Source: Takakia lepidozioides | Taxonomy: Eukaryota > Plantae > Bryophyta | Length of the DNA stretch: 64,000 nucleotides | Assembly (NCBI GenBank): GCA_030704615.1 | Contig: CM060732.1 | Location: forward strand, 31,124,001 to 31,188,000 | Reading direction: 5' to 3' | In this document: positions 23,465 through 38,400 of the stretch, piece by piece | How positions within the stretch are numbered: the stretch's first letter is position 1 | Layout: every line of letters starts with the position of its first letter | Notes under the pieces: generated by a model | Seen by the model: only the letters and a program-made list of their open reading frames with translations | Database searches by the model: none | Told to the model about the DNA's origin: nothing | Made by a program: the position numbers and the translations under genes

Positions 23465-26400
23465 ATGACTTTGACATCAGACAGTGAGAGAGGAGTGCCA
23501 GCATATGCAGGATGGGTGTACCATGTGGGGATAAACTCATTGGGGTATCAATACTGTCACGCTCGCTTCCTTGTTATCAAGGGGAAATTTGTAACTATGT
23601 TCAAGCGCAATCCTGTCGAGCATCCCCGAGAAGTGCGTCCCCTTGGGCTTTGAGGCTCCTCTTCTCTTCTCTTTTCATTGTTGAGCAAAGCAATTGTTCT
23701 TCCAGTTGGTCACGTTTTGATTGGTTATACATTTCATCGCCGCAGTTGCCAGGCCACCCTATGTCAGTGTGAATGTTCTTTCTTTTTCCAGGATGTCCAC
23801 TGTGATGTCAAGGAAACGGTAGAGTATGAGTTGAGACTGTCAGTGGTGCATAATCTTCGAAACTTGCCAACGGCCGAAATTTTCTGAAGTGAAGGACGAT
23901 CCAAACGAACGAAACTGAAGCTTCAAACCATTGGGAGAGGGGCAATAGCTTTGAACAGTGGATGTTGTCTCCAACTGTTTTTCCAAGTCTTGGAATTGCT
24001 GCTGTTTTGAAAGAGCATGGTTTGTATACAGTAACACAATAGTACTACATCCTGCACATTCTCAATGTGGATCTTACTGTGGTTCCAGCTGCCAATCAGA
24101 AGTGGGCTTGTTGGGCAACATTTGATGGTGGTGGAAGTTGGTCGGCAAATCTACCATGGCAGGGTATGCTTCTTCATGGAGTTGCTTATTAGTACACACT
24201 ACTATCTATGAAATCACCTCTCTTTCTCTTCCCTTCCTCACCACCTCCAGAGTTGGTGAATGATTGACATGGGATCTAATCTAGCAAACCCCTCTTCCTG
24301 GAAGTGCCCTACACTTTGTCCTGGACGTTTCAATCTTTAATGTGAGAGTGTTGTCTCCTTGCTCATTGTGACCTTCCTGATTCTCTTCTCCAGGCTCTTT
24401 ATGTGTTGAAGATCTATAACCGCCTGGACCACAGCAGGCAAGGACAGGTAGACATTCTCCCAATGCACTCCTTCAAACTTCCACTCTGTGAGCTCTAACA
24501 AATCAGTAATCTGGATGATCTGTTGTGCTTGATTTGTAAGTTTCTCGTTGTCCTTCTGCCTCCGTCGAACTTCTTCCAAACTTGAGGGTGAGGTTGTCGC
24601 ACAAAGAGTCCTACAGTCCTGGACTGTCTGCTAATGTTAGGTAGAACTGAGAGCAGGAATTCTGGAATGATGTTGCCTCTCTATTGCTCTTGCTTTGGGC
24701 AGTTTGCATGCACCAGTGCAGAGGAAGTGGAGAAATGGATTTCTGCTTTCCAACATGCAAAGGAAGAGGTGATCACTTCTCCCTTCTGAAATCTACTCTT
24801 AGCTTTTCTTTTTGCCTCAACCTATCATGTGGCTCACAAGATCATTAAAAATGGCTTAGCTAGTTTGCGGCCAATGTATTATCTGCAGCAGTTGCTGAGA
24901 AAGACCACGGGATGTCTTAATTAGTCATGAGTTTCTTAGTGCTGGTTTGTTTTTGTTCCCTGAGAAACTGATGATCCATGCCATGTGGTTTGTGCTTGAC
25001 ACAGGCTGAGTCTGACAGTGAAAGGGTTGGAAGTGGCCGACGATTAATGAACAATGATGATGAGTAAGTTAGGGCAGATGAGGGCACCAAGATGGAAGGA
25101 GAGGGTGATGGAGAACATACGTATGTGTGTATGATATCACGAGGAATACAGTAGATTGTCCAACGTATTTCAATCCTGAGAGGCGGGTGTTTAGAGAAGC
25201 TTAGTTGATACCCTAGTCATCTTTATAATTGCTTTTCACAGTTCATTTACTGTATTCTGACAATGTGTCTTGTGCAGATTCAAGTTGAATGGGCGCCGAT
25301 TGCACCCGCGGTCATATACGAAGGGAATAAGCAAGCTCATTACTATTGGGAGAGGCAAGACACTCAAAGATAGATACTAGACACCCTTAGATAGAGATGT
25401 TGGCGAGAGAAAGAGAGGGAGGGCGAGAACTGTTGGTTTCATAGCAGCAGTTTCAAGTCAGGTGGAATTGTGCTTGTACATTCAAAAAAGTAAGAGCCTT
25501 GTCTGCTATTACAAAAGTAGCTAAACAGGTTGAAATTGACAGACTTTCATAAAATGTGCAGGTCCAGAATGGCTGCTAAGAAGGCCGTCGGTTGTGGCAC
25601 AGGAACCTGAATCTGATAACTTTTACAATCACCGCGAAGGGGATACAATTGAGCAAGCAGATTGGAGATGCTTTCGAACTGTGAATGGTAGGTGTTCTAA
25701 TCCCTTCAGTGTCTTGATTGTTCTTGGGCGCAAGTTCACCAGGTCTGTTGGGCACTTCTCATTCATAATGATGTAATTGTCAATTCCACTGAGCTGAACG
25801 TATTGACTGAGTTGGTTTGGATAATTTATCACCTTGTCTGACATGTGCCATTGGCTTCCGGTTTAGCTGTACCTACTCTTACAGTAGCCAAGAGCAAGAG
25901 GTTTAGAGAGGATTACATTCCTGCTGTCGTTTTGGTTCTAGTAAAGAATCTAACCGCTGAAAGTTGTGGGTGAAAAAACAGGCCTTCGCATCTTTGAGGA
26001 TGTCACTGCATCAAAGGTATGTTGTCCTTATCTGATCATTTTGGTACCAAACTTTGTGGAATGGGGGGTGGGCGGGTTGAGTGTTAGAGAAGGATGGGCC
26101 TCTTTAATATTAAGGTCTGATTTATTGACTACATTATTCTATGCCTTAATGCAGGCAGAGAAAGGTACTATAATGAAGGCAGTGGGAGTGGTTGATGCCT
26201 CTCCAGAAACAATTTTTGAGGTGATCATGAGCTTGGACAAGTCGCTGAGATACCAGTAAGTTTTAGCCTTCTGTTATGTCTGCCGTCTGGATAAGTTGAG
26301 ACAAGTTCTTCGAGGCTACTACGTGATGATGCATCAGGTTGTGCTGTAGTCTTATCTTTCGTCAGTTCTGGGTGGTTGTGTCACCACACTGATTACTAGT

Positions 26401-29400
26401 CATGGTGTGTCCTTCAGATGGGACATTTTGACAGGCAATTTGGAGTTGGTGGAGCAGATTGACGGACATACTGACATTGTGTATGGCAGTTTCGATCCCA
26501 AGTACTTCAAGAGGTCTCTCTCTCTCCGTGCTGTTTCCTTTGGTCCATGGGACTGCTGGTGAACTCAATAGATTCTCTGTCTCATGGGCCCTTGTGGCCC
26601 GGCCCTCTGTGGACTTTAGAAAGTTTGTTCAATTCTTTCCCTCTTGCTGAGGACATGTGAAACTTCTCATTGCGTCTGGATGTTATAAAGTTTCTCTTTC
26701 TTTAAAGAGTTTCTTAATAATGTCCCTTTATTCATTCTTTCTTGTCTTTGCAATGTGTTCTCATCCCCTATGTTCTCTTTCAGCTTTTCATGACACTGTA
26801 AATCTTCCTTTGAGCCTACCCTACATCATGTTCTGTCTTTTATTCCTCTCTCTCTCTCTTCTCTCTCTCCTGGCTTTTTACCGATTTCCCTGTTCCTGGC
26901 ATATAAGAACCAAAGTATTCAATGGCTTTGCACATGAGGAACTAGACTTTCATCATACGTCTGGGGTTTGATTTGTTCCTGTGGTACTCTACTATGCACC
27001 ATGGGCTTTTTGGGCCTCTTGTGTTATTCTCTCCATCATGGCCTTCATCTCAACAGTGTGACTAGTGGTGGAAGCACCTGTCTCACATCATTTGCAATTC
27101 AATAAATTAACCCTTTCTCTAACGGCATTTGTTAAATGGCTCTAGAAAAGTGTCTTAAAGGGACTATGCTATCAAGTCTATCATATTCACAGGGAGTGGT
27201 TGATGGTTACAACTATCATTTCCAGTCTAGAGTTACATTGTATACATATGCAGATTGCATGATGGGTACGGCCACACTGGTTTTCAGAAAGCCAAAGTAC
27301 ATACTTTAACCTTTACTTCGGCATTTCAGGCTCCATGGCAAACGGGATTTTCTTTTTTCGCGCTACTGGCGCCGCGATCAGGATGGCTCTTACTGTGAGA
27401 TTCCCCCACATTTCCTGTATACAATTTGACATTTGCATGCATGTATATTTAGGCTGCGTGTCTCTTTGTATGATCGTGCCTATTTCTATTTATGAGACCC
27501 TTAGGCGGCAGTCAACTTCTTCCTGTAATCCCTACCATTCTCATGGGTCTCTTGCTCTTTGTTCCTCTCTAGGAATGATCTAGTGAAAGAACCACGTTGC
27601 TATAGCTTCAGTAGTGGAAATGGTGCCAGATCTACTACATGGTGAAGTAGTAAGATAGTGGTAGTAAGATCTGTTAATTGAGATGGAGGTCTCTGTTGGA
27701 TGCAGCTATATCTCAGATCTGTACAACCCACGAGAAGCAGGCTGTGAAATCTGGCTATCAACGCATTGATCTCAATCGTGAGTTTCCATCCATTTCTGTC
27801 TTGTCCTTCTCAACAAAAGATGGATACACGGAGAGAAAGATGGAGACATACATGCTGACAAGTTGATTTTATGCTGGTCTGCAGCGGGAATTTGGGAGAT
27901 TACGCCACTACCCTTTAAGCCTGGGATTGGCACCCCACGGTCACTTGTCACACAGATAATGGAGGTGAAGTCCACTGGATGGGGACGCTGGAAGAAAAGT
28001 CATTACTCCAAGTTTCATAAGACCATCCCATACATTTTACTCTGCCGCATTGCAGGTGAGTTGACCCCTTGTAGCTTTGCCCCTGTCATTGCTGTGTGCC
28101 CTCTTCTTTCTTTCTGTCATTTTTCCTCTTTCCCTTTGTCTAAAGAGCTTACCATCAGGTCCACCAGCTTTATATCCATTTAAATGTTCAATTGCATCCA
28201 CAATCTCAGAAGAACTAATGGGAGCATTATAAGCCATTGAAATATACTCCAGTTCATCAGGGCTGTTTTGAATCATAGGAACAGTCTTTCCAACTGTGTC
28301 CCTCCATTCAGCAGAAGACCCCTCACTGTTAGACCTAGAAGTTCTGCCAAGGATACTGTAGTGAGTTTCAAATGTTTTGACAATGTCAACCGATGAAGTC
28401 ACCACTGCACCTTCAGTAGTCTTCAGCGCTTGTACTTGCTGACCGTTTTTCGGCTTGTACAAACGTTGAAGGGCCAACCAGAATTTCTTGTCATTACCAC
28501 CATGGTGGTTTGAGTTCATTTCACTGTATAACTTGTCCCAGTATAATTTCTTCTGAGACCTAACAAGCTGATTGATATCTTTACGGAGCTGGTAGTACCT
28601 CGCCCACAATTCTCTGTTGGTTTCCAAATTGCAGCACTCTTTATAGAGGGCTCGTCTCTCAGCTATCTTGAGTTTAATCTCATTAGTCCACCAATTAACT
28701 GCTCTACCGCAGACAATTAGTTTCCTCCCAATGATCTTGTCAGCCACGGAGGAAACGAAACTCTCCCAAGAGTCCACTGCCCTTTCGACTTCATTTCCTG
28801 CGTTAACAGAGCGTGACTGAAGTTCTTGGAGCGATTGGACAAAATGAGGGAGAGCCTCTTGCAAGGCCTGGACGTACTCAGCCTTGACCTCCTCATTGTG
28901 GAATTTTTCTATGCGCCACTTCCGAATCGAACGTTTCACAGATCTCTTGGTGGTGGGAAAACACCTTTTGATCTCAGTCCAAACCAGGAAGTGGTTTGAT
29001 GGTATTGTCAACGAGCTTATCAAGCACGGTGGCGATCCCATGATAGAGGCCCTAGTTCTCCTCTTTAACCTTATCTGGAAGACAAATGATCTCCTTTCGC
29101 TGGCGACAGGGGGTCATTGTCAATCTATACAAGAAGGGTGACGGAGAAGAACCGGGGAACTACCGTGGCATCACGCTCCTCAATGCTGTTGGCAAGACAT
29201 TCTGCAGAGTTATAAGTACTCGTCTCGAGGTTGATCTGGAGTCTAGAGGTTGTTTCCACGAAGGCCAAGCTGGCTTTCGGCGAAACAGGGGCTGTGTGGA
29301 TCATATCTTCACTCTAAGCCAGATTATCCAGGGAAGGAAAAAAGAAGGGAAACCCACTTATGTCTTTTTCCTGGATGTCAAAAAGGCTTATGACACAGTG

Positions 29401-32400
29401 TGGAGAGATGGCCTATGGTTCCGCCTCTGGTCTTGTGGGATCAAGGGAAAGATGTGGAGAGTTGTCCACAACTTGTATGCTCACACCAAAAGCTGTGTCA
29501 CTGTTAACGGACAGAAGTCCAACTTCTTTGACATAGACCAAGGTGTAGCTCAAGGATGTACTCTCTCCCCTCTGCTCTTCAATGTTTTCATCAATCAACT
29601 CCTCAAGGATGTGGAAAGTGAGGGATTTGGGTTAAGGGTGGGTGATACCACCATACCAGCCCTTATGTTTGCGGATGACTTCGCAGGCATAGGGGAGACT
29701 CCAACCAATCTCCAGGAATTGATTGATTGCGCGAAGAGATACTTTGATCTTTGGGGGCTAGAGGCTAATGTCAGCAAATGTGCAGTGGTAGCATTCAACG
29801 ACAGAGGAGAGGGAGGAAGTGATCTTAAGTGGCAGTGGGGTAGCCAAGAGATCCCGGTCCTCCCTTCCTACACTTACCTGGGCGTTGAGTTCTCCTCCAA
29901 TTGTAATTGGGATGCACATATCTGGAAAGTTGTTCAAACTGGCAAGGGCAAAGCTCTGGGGCTCACTAAATTTTTCCACTGCAGAGGGGTCAACTCTGAG
30001 GTTAAGAAAACCATGCTTTGTCGCGTTATTAGACCTGCCTTGGAGTACGGATCTGCTATATGGGTTGATAACTCCAACCAGGCTAAGTCTCTAGAATCCA
30101 TTCAAGTGGGGGTGCTTAAGGAGTGTATGTCAGCATGCTCCAAAACAGCCAATGTGGCTGTTCGGGGTGAGTTTGGCATTCCGTCCTTAAGCTCCCGACG
30201 AGATGAATTCAAGGCCAGATGGTGGGGTCAGCTGCAACATATGCCCAACACCAGATATCCTAAGTTAATCGACTCTATATCTTGGAAACAGGACCGCCCT
30301 GTCAAACAGGCTAAGTCCTGGCAGAAGAGAGTAGAAGAGATCCTCAAGGACCTGGACCTGGATCCGCAAGTCTTGACCCTGCTGGATAAATCTGACTTAG
30401 AGGCTGTAGTGTCCTCAGCCATGTCTGTTGCCATGAGATTGTCTGATGAAAATGAAGTTAGGCAGAAAACTTCCCTGAACTTGTTTCCAGTCTGTGACAT
30501 GGGGGAGGACATCTTGGATGACCTCAAGGGTCTACCCACTCTCGGCACTAGACTGAAATTTAAACTCAGGGCAGGAAGCCTACCCTTGAACAGCAAACAG
30601 AAGCAGAGAGGAAAGGGAGAGTGCAATTGCCCGTTGTGTGGGCAATCTGAAGACAGTATTCATTTTCTGATACACTTTCCGGGGTTCTCTCACCAAAGAG
30701 ACGCTCTCTTCAAATCTATCAAGGGAATTGTGCCTGTACCCCTGTTTACCAACTTTGAAAGTCTCGAGGCTGAGCCAAAAGCCCAGGCCCTCCTGAGGCC
30801 TAGTTTTTGGGCAAATCACACACAGCAGATTGATGCTTGTGTGAAGGGATTTCTAGAGGATATCTGGAAAACCCGGATTAATTCTATATATGAAGGTAAG
30901 TCTTACTACCAACATCAGCCCCTGACAGAGGTAGGTTCTGTCCCTTTTGTTCCCGCTCAAACTGGGCGCGGGGTCAATGGCCACAAGGCTACGGCAAACA
31001 ACGTCTTATGAGTACAATCTAAAGAGCTTACCGTGAATGTTAAGTCCTTTATTTTTTTTCCCTACCTTTCTTCTTGTACTTGTTGTTGGTTTTGTTTTTT
31101 CTCAGAACAAGCTAAAGTGAAATCTCAGGTACTAGTTCATAAGTGTTATGCTTAAGTGAAGAGGCCGACTGTTTCGATTGGCTTTTCCTGCTGAGTGCTA
31201 TCTGGTAGCATGGTTTTCAATCTACATCTGAAAAACTGGCAGAAACTCAGTACGAAGATGGGTTTACTATATGCCCATGTATTCGAGCGTAGTAGTATTG
31301 TATGTGATCTATACCCATGGACGGGAATGCTTTTGAACTGGGACTTCATGATTGACAACACAATGTCAAAAAATGCATCCTTTATCTTGTGCTGGTCTAG
31401 GTTTTAAAATTTCTGGGTTTTTTTCTATAAATGTATGGTGGTGGGTGTAAAGTGTGTAAACCTCAAACCAGGGAGGGGTGTCTATTTGTGCAAGGGCACA
31501 TCATAGCCAATGTTGGGGGGGAACAGTTAATGAGTACATCCTGTCTTTCTGTAGTCTGCTATTGTTGTAGACTCTCAATTGTTTTCCATTTTCTCAGGTT
31601 TGAGAGAGCTGTTTGGAGCAAAACCTGAGCTGATGTCAGTAGAGGAGCGACCCCAAAGGCTGGATTCCAAGGAAGTGAAGAAGGTCCTTGAAACAGTAGA
31701 GCCGATCCAAAAGGGGTTGATACCATTGGTGCAATCTCCTCCGGAAACTCAGGTCCCAGAGTGCCATGAGGAGTTCTATGATGCAATAATGGCAGAAGAC
31801 CCTATGGAAGAGGAGGACGAGAGTGAAGAGAATGAATTGGTTCCAAGACATCCTCATAAGGTCTGCAATAGCCAGGAGGACTGTATGCTGTGGCTGGGTT
31901 TATGGTAGTGATCTAATGGATATTACATTCTCAACGTCTCAGCCCTTCCTTTGTCTCCCCCATCTGTCCACTCCTCTGACCTTTCTGCTCATCTAATTCC
32001 AGATGACGTCTTCTTGTCATGTACTTCTTGTCATGTCTGAGAAGTTATCTGCTGATGATAGCTGTCCTGAAACAACAGTTGGCAGTTGGACTGTTTAACA
32101 ACAGTTTCCTGGGTGCTTGAGAGCTCAGTGTCGTGGTTTATATAGCTAGTACCCATCCATTGCAAATCACTTTGTTAGGCAAAGCAGTCCCCTATGTTCC
32201 GTCATTGCCATATTGCAGGAGAGGTGTGGTGAGGGAAGGGAGAAGAGAAGCCTAACTCTTTTACTTGTGTGCCACCGATGGTGCAGACAACAAGCGGGAA
32301 GTTCAAGGCAGTTTCATGGAGTGTCATGTTGGGCCTTACCAGTAAGCGATGTCCAGGTTGCTTCTGTTGAATGCCACCTTCATTGATATTAATACCTCAA

Positions 32401-35400
32401 TACCTCACATACCTCAATACTGTAGATATATCCTATCTACAATGTCTAATGTGGAATGTGAACAGCAGAGAGACTGTGCTTGGGGAAATGAGACCACCAC
32501 AGAGGGATTATTTGTTCTTGTCACATTCTGACAGATTTTAGATATTGTTCTTGAGATTCTGCAGGAAGCAGGGCAGTCCTGGAACTGGATTGGAGCAAGC
32601 CAGCTGTGGAAATTGACCCAACCATGTTCAATGGAACATTCCGTAAGAGTATGCATGATGATGATGCCAATGGCTGGTCAGACCCAGGTGGAAAAGGATT
32701 CATGGTTCGCAGCAGGACTTACAACCAAGACAGCCTCAAGGTATGCTTGTGTACCTGAACTCTTATTATTCCATAACGTAAGCTACCACACGAATATCTG
32801 TCAACATATTAATATTGCTGGGTACTTCCAAATATCTCAAGTTTCCATTGCCCCATTTGAGTGGCATGCAGGGGTTGCAAGAATATAATTGAATCAAGAT
32901 GAATCCGTGTCTATTTTGTCCTTGCTTCTTTTTTTTCACTTTTTATCTTTTCTTGTCTGTGGTTTTCTGGTCTCTGCTGTTTGTTTCTGGGTGTCTTCTG
33001 AAAATCCCTCTAACCTTAGATATTATATAATTTGACAGTGTATGTTACGATAGCTAAACCTCTGCTTGCTCAAGATCCTGGATATGCAAAGCCTCATTGC
33101 CTGACTCCTTGGCTGGGGGGTGGCGGCATGCTGTGAACCAGGTTTGTGGAGGTGAACCACTTTTGAAACTGCTTGCAGTGGATTGGCTCAAGTCGGAGCA
33201 GAGGATTGACCATGTTGCCAAGCAAAGCAACAATGTTGTTCAGGTTCATGTGACTCTCCCTCTCTCTCTACCTTTTCTGTTCAAACTGGGCACGTGTAAA
33301 TGGCCACAAGGCTACGGCAAACAGAGTCTTATGAGTACATTCTCTCTCTCTCCCTCGTACCCTAAACTTTGAAAATCTCAGGCTGAGCCAAAAGCACTGG
33401 CCCTGGCACACACACAGAGCAGATTGATTGTTGTGTAAAGGTCTTTCTCGAAGATATCTGGAAAGCCCAAAGCCCAAACTAGTTGTTTATACTATATGGT
33501 GGTAAGTCCCACTACCAGAGTAAGCCCCACACAAAGGAAGTGTCTGCTCCCTTTTGTTCTGCCCAAACTGGGCATGGGGTCTGTGGTCACAAGGCTATGG
33601 CAAACAGAGTACATTCTTTCTCTCTCCCACTACTGGACAAGCCCCGCGCAAAGGTAGTGTCTGTTCCCTCTTGTTCCACCCAAACTGGCATGGGGTCTTT
33701 GGGCACTAGACTGAAACTCGGGGTGAGCAGCCTTTGATCGATTAACAGATGCAGACAGGAAAGGGAGATTGTCAATGCCCAATGTGCAGGCAGCCTGAAG
33801 ACAAATATCCATTTTCTGGTACAACGTCCGGCATACTCTGATCAGAGAACGACCCTCTTCAGGATGATCAAGAACATAGTCCCTGCAGCTCTGTCCACCA
33901 TCTTTCAAAAGCTTGTGACTGAGCCTAAAGCCCTGGCCCTGCTGGGGTCTAACTGCAGATGACCTCACACTGTTTGATGCATTAGCTGCAGATTGATGCT
34001 TGAGTGAAGGTCTTTCTAAAGATAATCTGGAGAGCCCAAACTAATTGTTTATATCAAGAAGTCCCACTACCAGTGAGCCCCTCACAAAGGCAGTGTCTGT
34101 TCCTATTTGTTCCTCCCAAACTGGGCATGGGGTCTGGCTACGTCATACACATCATAAGTACATTCTCTCTCCCTCCTTTGTGGGGCCTTTTGTGCCTTGA
34201 ATGGATGGTAAACTTCTGTACTTCTGGTTTGGGTCTTCCCCGACATATTGGATTTAGTTCTTTCTTCTTTCTGTCACACAGACTAACAAGCTGCCTCCTT
34301 GGTTATGACCAAAATAATTGAATTGGCAGAAAAGATTGGGGATTGAATTGAATTTGTGGATCTGAGTCCCCTTTCTGACCCATCCAAACTGGACACAATG
34401 TCTGCTCCAAGTTTACAGCAAGAGCATGAACAAAAATATTGAATTGGCAGAAAAGATTCGGGGTTGGATTGAATTTGTGGATCTGAGTCCCCTTTCTGAC
34501 CATCCAAAATGGACACAATGTCTGCTCCAAGTTTACAGCAAGCACAGACTAAAGAGTCCGTTCTCTCTGCTAAATGGTTGTTGTTTGTGTTGTTTGGTCC
34601 AGTCTGAAGAAGGAAGGAAAGCTCCGTTTATCCTGGTTGTGAATCTGCAGGTAACTCCGCACTAAATCAACCCACGTTTCTACATGATCTAGATATTGGT
34701 TAGGGACTTCGAAATTGTGCTCAGGGACACATACATTGGATGCCTGGACTGCATCCAGGCCTCAATGCAGTGCAGTATACAGCTGCAGATGGAGTTGGTT
34801 TCATTGTTCATTTATTTTTTTGGTTCTCTGACATTGGAAGATGAGAGACTCATTATCAGTGCAATGGGGTTCGGGTGGTCAGGTGCCAGCCAAGCCCAAC
34901 TACAGCCTTGTGTTCTACTATGTGGCTGACAGACCCATCCAACCGGGCTCATTGCTAGATCAGTTTGTCAATGGTGATGATTCCTTTCGCAATTCCCGTT
35001 TCAAGCTCATTCCAAGCATTGTGGAGGTATGCTGCATTGGACTGCCCCACACACCAATCTGATCATCTTATTAGGCCTTGTTGCTGTGCCCAGTCAGTTG
35101 GACTAGAGTGGGCTCTGGAATCTACCGACATGTCCAGGACCATTGGGAAAGGAAGTGTAGCAGATAGATGCATTAGGTGCATCATGGGGTGCACTACAAG
35201 AGTTGTTCACTTTTGCCAGAAGTAAACTAAATTGACTCAGTGGAGCATTCATCTCCTGTTGGGAAGAGGAAGAAGGAAAGAAGCCTGTAAACATAGTGGA
35301 AATGCTTTCTGAAAGAGAAGAAAGGATAAACTTTTTGATGAACTGGCTTGGCAGGGTTATTGGGTGGTGAAACGGGCAGTTGGAACTAAAGCATGTCTTC

Positions 35401-38400
35401 TGGGGAGAGCTGTCACCTGCCATTACTTGCGAGAAGATAATTTTCTGGAGGTACCCCACGCGAAATGTTCATGCCCTTGGACTTCTTGTGGCCAGTTGTA
35501 ATGGGTCCTACTTAGCCAAACAGTACCTTATGGATGTTATTGTCTTGTAGCAGAATAACAAAAGAAAAACATCTGTTCTTTGGAAACCTGAAGTAGGGGC
35601 TTATGTTTACACTATCCACAGGAGGGCCCTGACAGGGCTAACCAAACATTGCACAGCTGCTAGTCTGTTTGTATTCTCACATTTGCAGCACAGAAAGACT
35701 AAGGTCTGATGAGCGAGCTTAGTACATTTGGCGAATTCGAAGTGCTTATGCATAATGTCCCACCCCAGTCCATGGCAAAGGAACCAAGAATTGCTGAGCA
35801 CCTACGAGCTCCTGCATCGGTTTGTACTGTATTTTCCCCAGTATGCAGATGCCATATAATCAATGTGTTTTTGTGCATCTTTAGATCGATGTGGATATCG
35901 GATCATCAGCTGTAGCACGGAGTGTGATTGGATTGGTGCTTGGCTATGTGGCTAGCCTTGTTGTTGATCTTGCCATTTTGATCGAGGTATCCTCTCTCTC
36001 TCTCTCTCTCTCTCTCACTACAGTATCCTTGGCAGAACTTCTAGGTCTAACAGTGAGGGGTCTTCTGCTGAATGGAGGGACAGTTGGAAAAACTGTTCCT
36101 ATGATTCAAAACAGCCCTGATGAACTGGAGTATATTTCAATGGCTTATAATGCTCCCATTAGTTCTTCTGAGATTGTGGAAGCAATTGAACATCTAAATG
36201 GATATAAAGCTGGTGGACCTGATGGTATTGTCAACGAGCTTATCAAGCACGGTGGCGATCCCATGATAGAGGCCCTAGTTCTCCTCTTTAACCTTATCTG
36301 GAAGACTGAAATGATCCCCTTTCGCTGGCGACAGGGGGTCATTGTCAATCTATACAAGAAGGGTGACGGAGAAGAACCGGGGAACTACCGTGGCATCACA
36401 CTCCTCAATGCTGTTGGCAAGACATTCTGCAGAGTTATAAGTACTCGTCTCGAGGTTGATCTGGAGTCTAGAGGTTGTTTCCACGAAGGCCAAGCTGGCT
36501 TTCGGCGAAACAGGGGGCTGTGTGGATCATATCTTCACTCTAAGCCAGATTATCCAGGGAAGGAAAAAAGAAGGGAAACCCACTTATGTCTTTTTCCTGG
36601 ATGTCAAAAAGGCTTATGACACAGTGCGGAGAGATGGCCTATGGTTCCGCCTCTGGTCTTGTGGGATCAAGGGAAAGATGTGGAGAGTTGTCCACAACTT
36701 GTATGCTCACACCAAAAGCTGTGTCACTGTTAACGGACAGAAGTCCAACTTCTTTGACATAGACCAAGGTGTAGCTCAAGGATGTACTCTCTCCCCTCTG
36801 CTCTTCAATGTTTTCATCAATCAACTCCTCGAGGATGTGGAAAGTGAGGGATTTGGGTTAAGGGTGGGTGATACCACCATACCAGCCCTTATGTTTGTGG
36901 ATGACTTCGCAGGCATAGGGGAGACTCCAACCAATCTCCAGGAGTTGATTGATTGCGCGAAGAGATACTTTGATCTTTGGGGGCTAGAGGCTAATGTCAG
37001 CAAATGTGCAGTGGTAGCATTCAACGACAGAGGAGAGGGAGGAAGTGATCTTAAGTGGCAGTGGGGTAGCCAAGAGATCCCGGTCCTCCCTTCCTACACT
37101 TACCTGGGCGTTGAGTTCTCCTCCAATTGTAATTGGGATGCACATATCCGGAAAGTTGTTCAAACTGGCAAGGGCAAAGCTCTGGGGCTCACTAAATTTT
37201 TCCACTGCAGAGGGGTCAACTCTGAGGTTAAGAAAACCATGCTTTGTCGCGTTATTAGACCTGCCTTGGAGTACAGATCTGCTATATGGGTTGATAACTC
37301 CAACCAGGCTAAGTCTCTAGAATCCATTCAAGTGGGGGTGCTTAAGGAGTGTATGTCAGCATGCTCCAAAACAGCCAATGTGGCTGTTCGGGGTGAGTTT
37401 GGCATTCCGTCCTTAAGCTCCCGACGAGATGAATTCAAGGCCAGATGGTGGGGTCATCTGCAACATATGCCCAACACCAGATATCCTAAGTTAATCGACT
37501 CTATATCTTGGAAACAGGACCGCCCTGTCAAACAGGCGAAGTCCTGGCAGAAGAGAGTAGAAGAGATCCTCAAGGACCTGGACCTGGATCCGCAAGTCTT
37601 GACCCTGCTGGATAAATCTGACTTAGAGGCTGTAGTGTCCTCAGCCATGTCTGTTGCCATGAGATTGTCTGATGAAAATGAAGTTAGGCAGAAAACTTCC
37701 CTGAACTTGTTTCCAGTCTGTGACATGGGGGAGGACATCTTGGATGACCTCAAGGGTCTACCCACACTCGGCACTACACTGAAATTTAAACTCAGGGCAG
37801 GAAGCCTACCTTTGAACAGCAAACAGAAGCAGAGAGGAAAGGGCAATTGCCCGTTGTGTGGGCAATCTGAAGACAGTATTCATTTTCTGATACACTGTCC
37901 GGGGTTCTCACCAAAGAGACGCTCTCTTCAAATCTATTAAGGGAATTGTGCCTGTACCCTCTGTTTACCAACTTTGAAAGTCTCGAGGCTGAGCTAAAAG
38001 CCCAGGCCCTCCTGAGGCCTAGTTTTTGGGCACAGCAGATTGATGCTTGTGTGAAGGGATTTCTAGAGGATATCTGGAAAACCCGGATTAATTCTTTATA
38101 TGGAGGTAAGTCTTACTACCAACGTCAGCCCCTGACAGAGGTAGGTTCTGTCCCTTTTGTTCCCGCTCAAACTGGGCGCAGGGTCAATGGCCACAAGGCT
38201 ACGGCAAACAACGTCTTATGAGTACAATCTCTCTCCCTCTCTCTCTCTCCCTCTCTCCCTCTCTAACTCTGGGCGGCCTTATGTTTCTTGCTTGGGATGG
38301 ATGCACGGTTCAGCTAGAATGTGGAATGCATGCTAGGTAACAGTCTGTTCTTTCTTTTTCTCTCAGGAATGACTCAACATCTCGTGAGTACTTCCTCTCA

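Noticed and set aside
35891-36619. Apparent EDR2-LINE fusion ORF
   Set aside because: Read-through of exon 21 past its GT donor (35987) into the intronic LINE; the normal last exon is at 39535.
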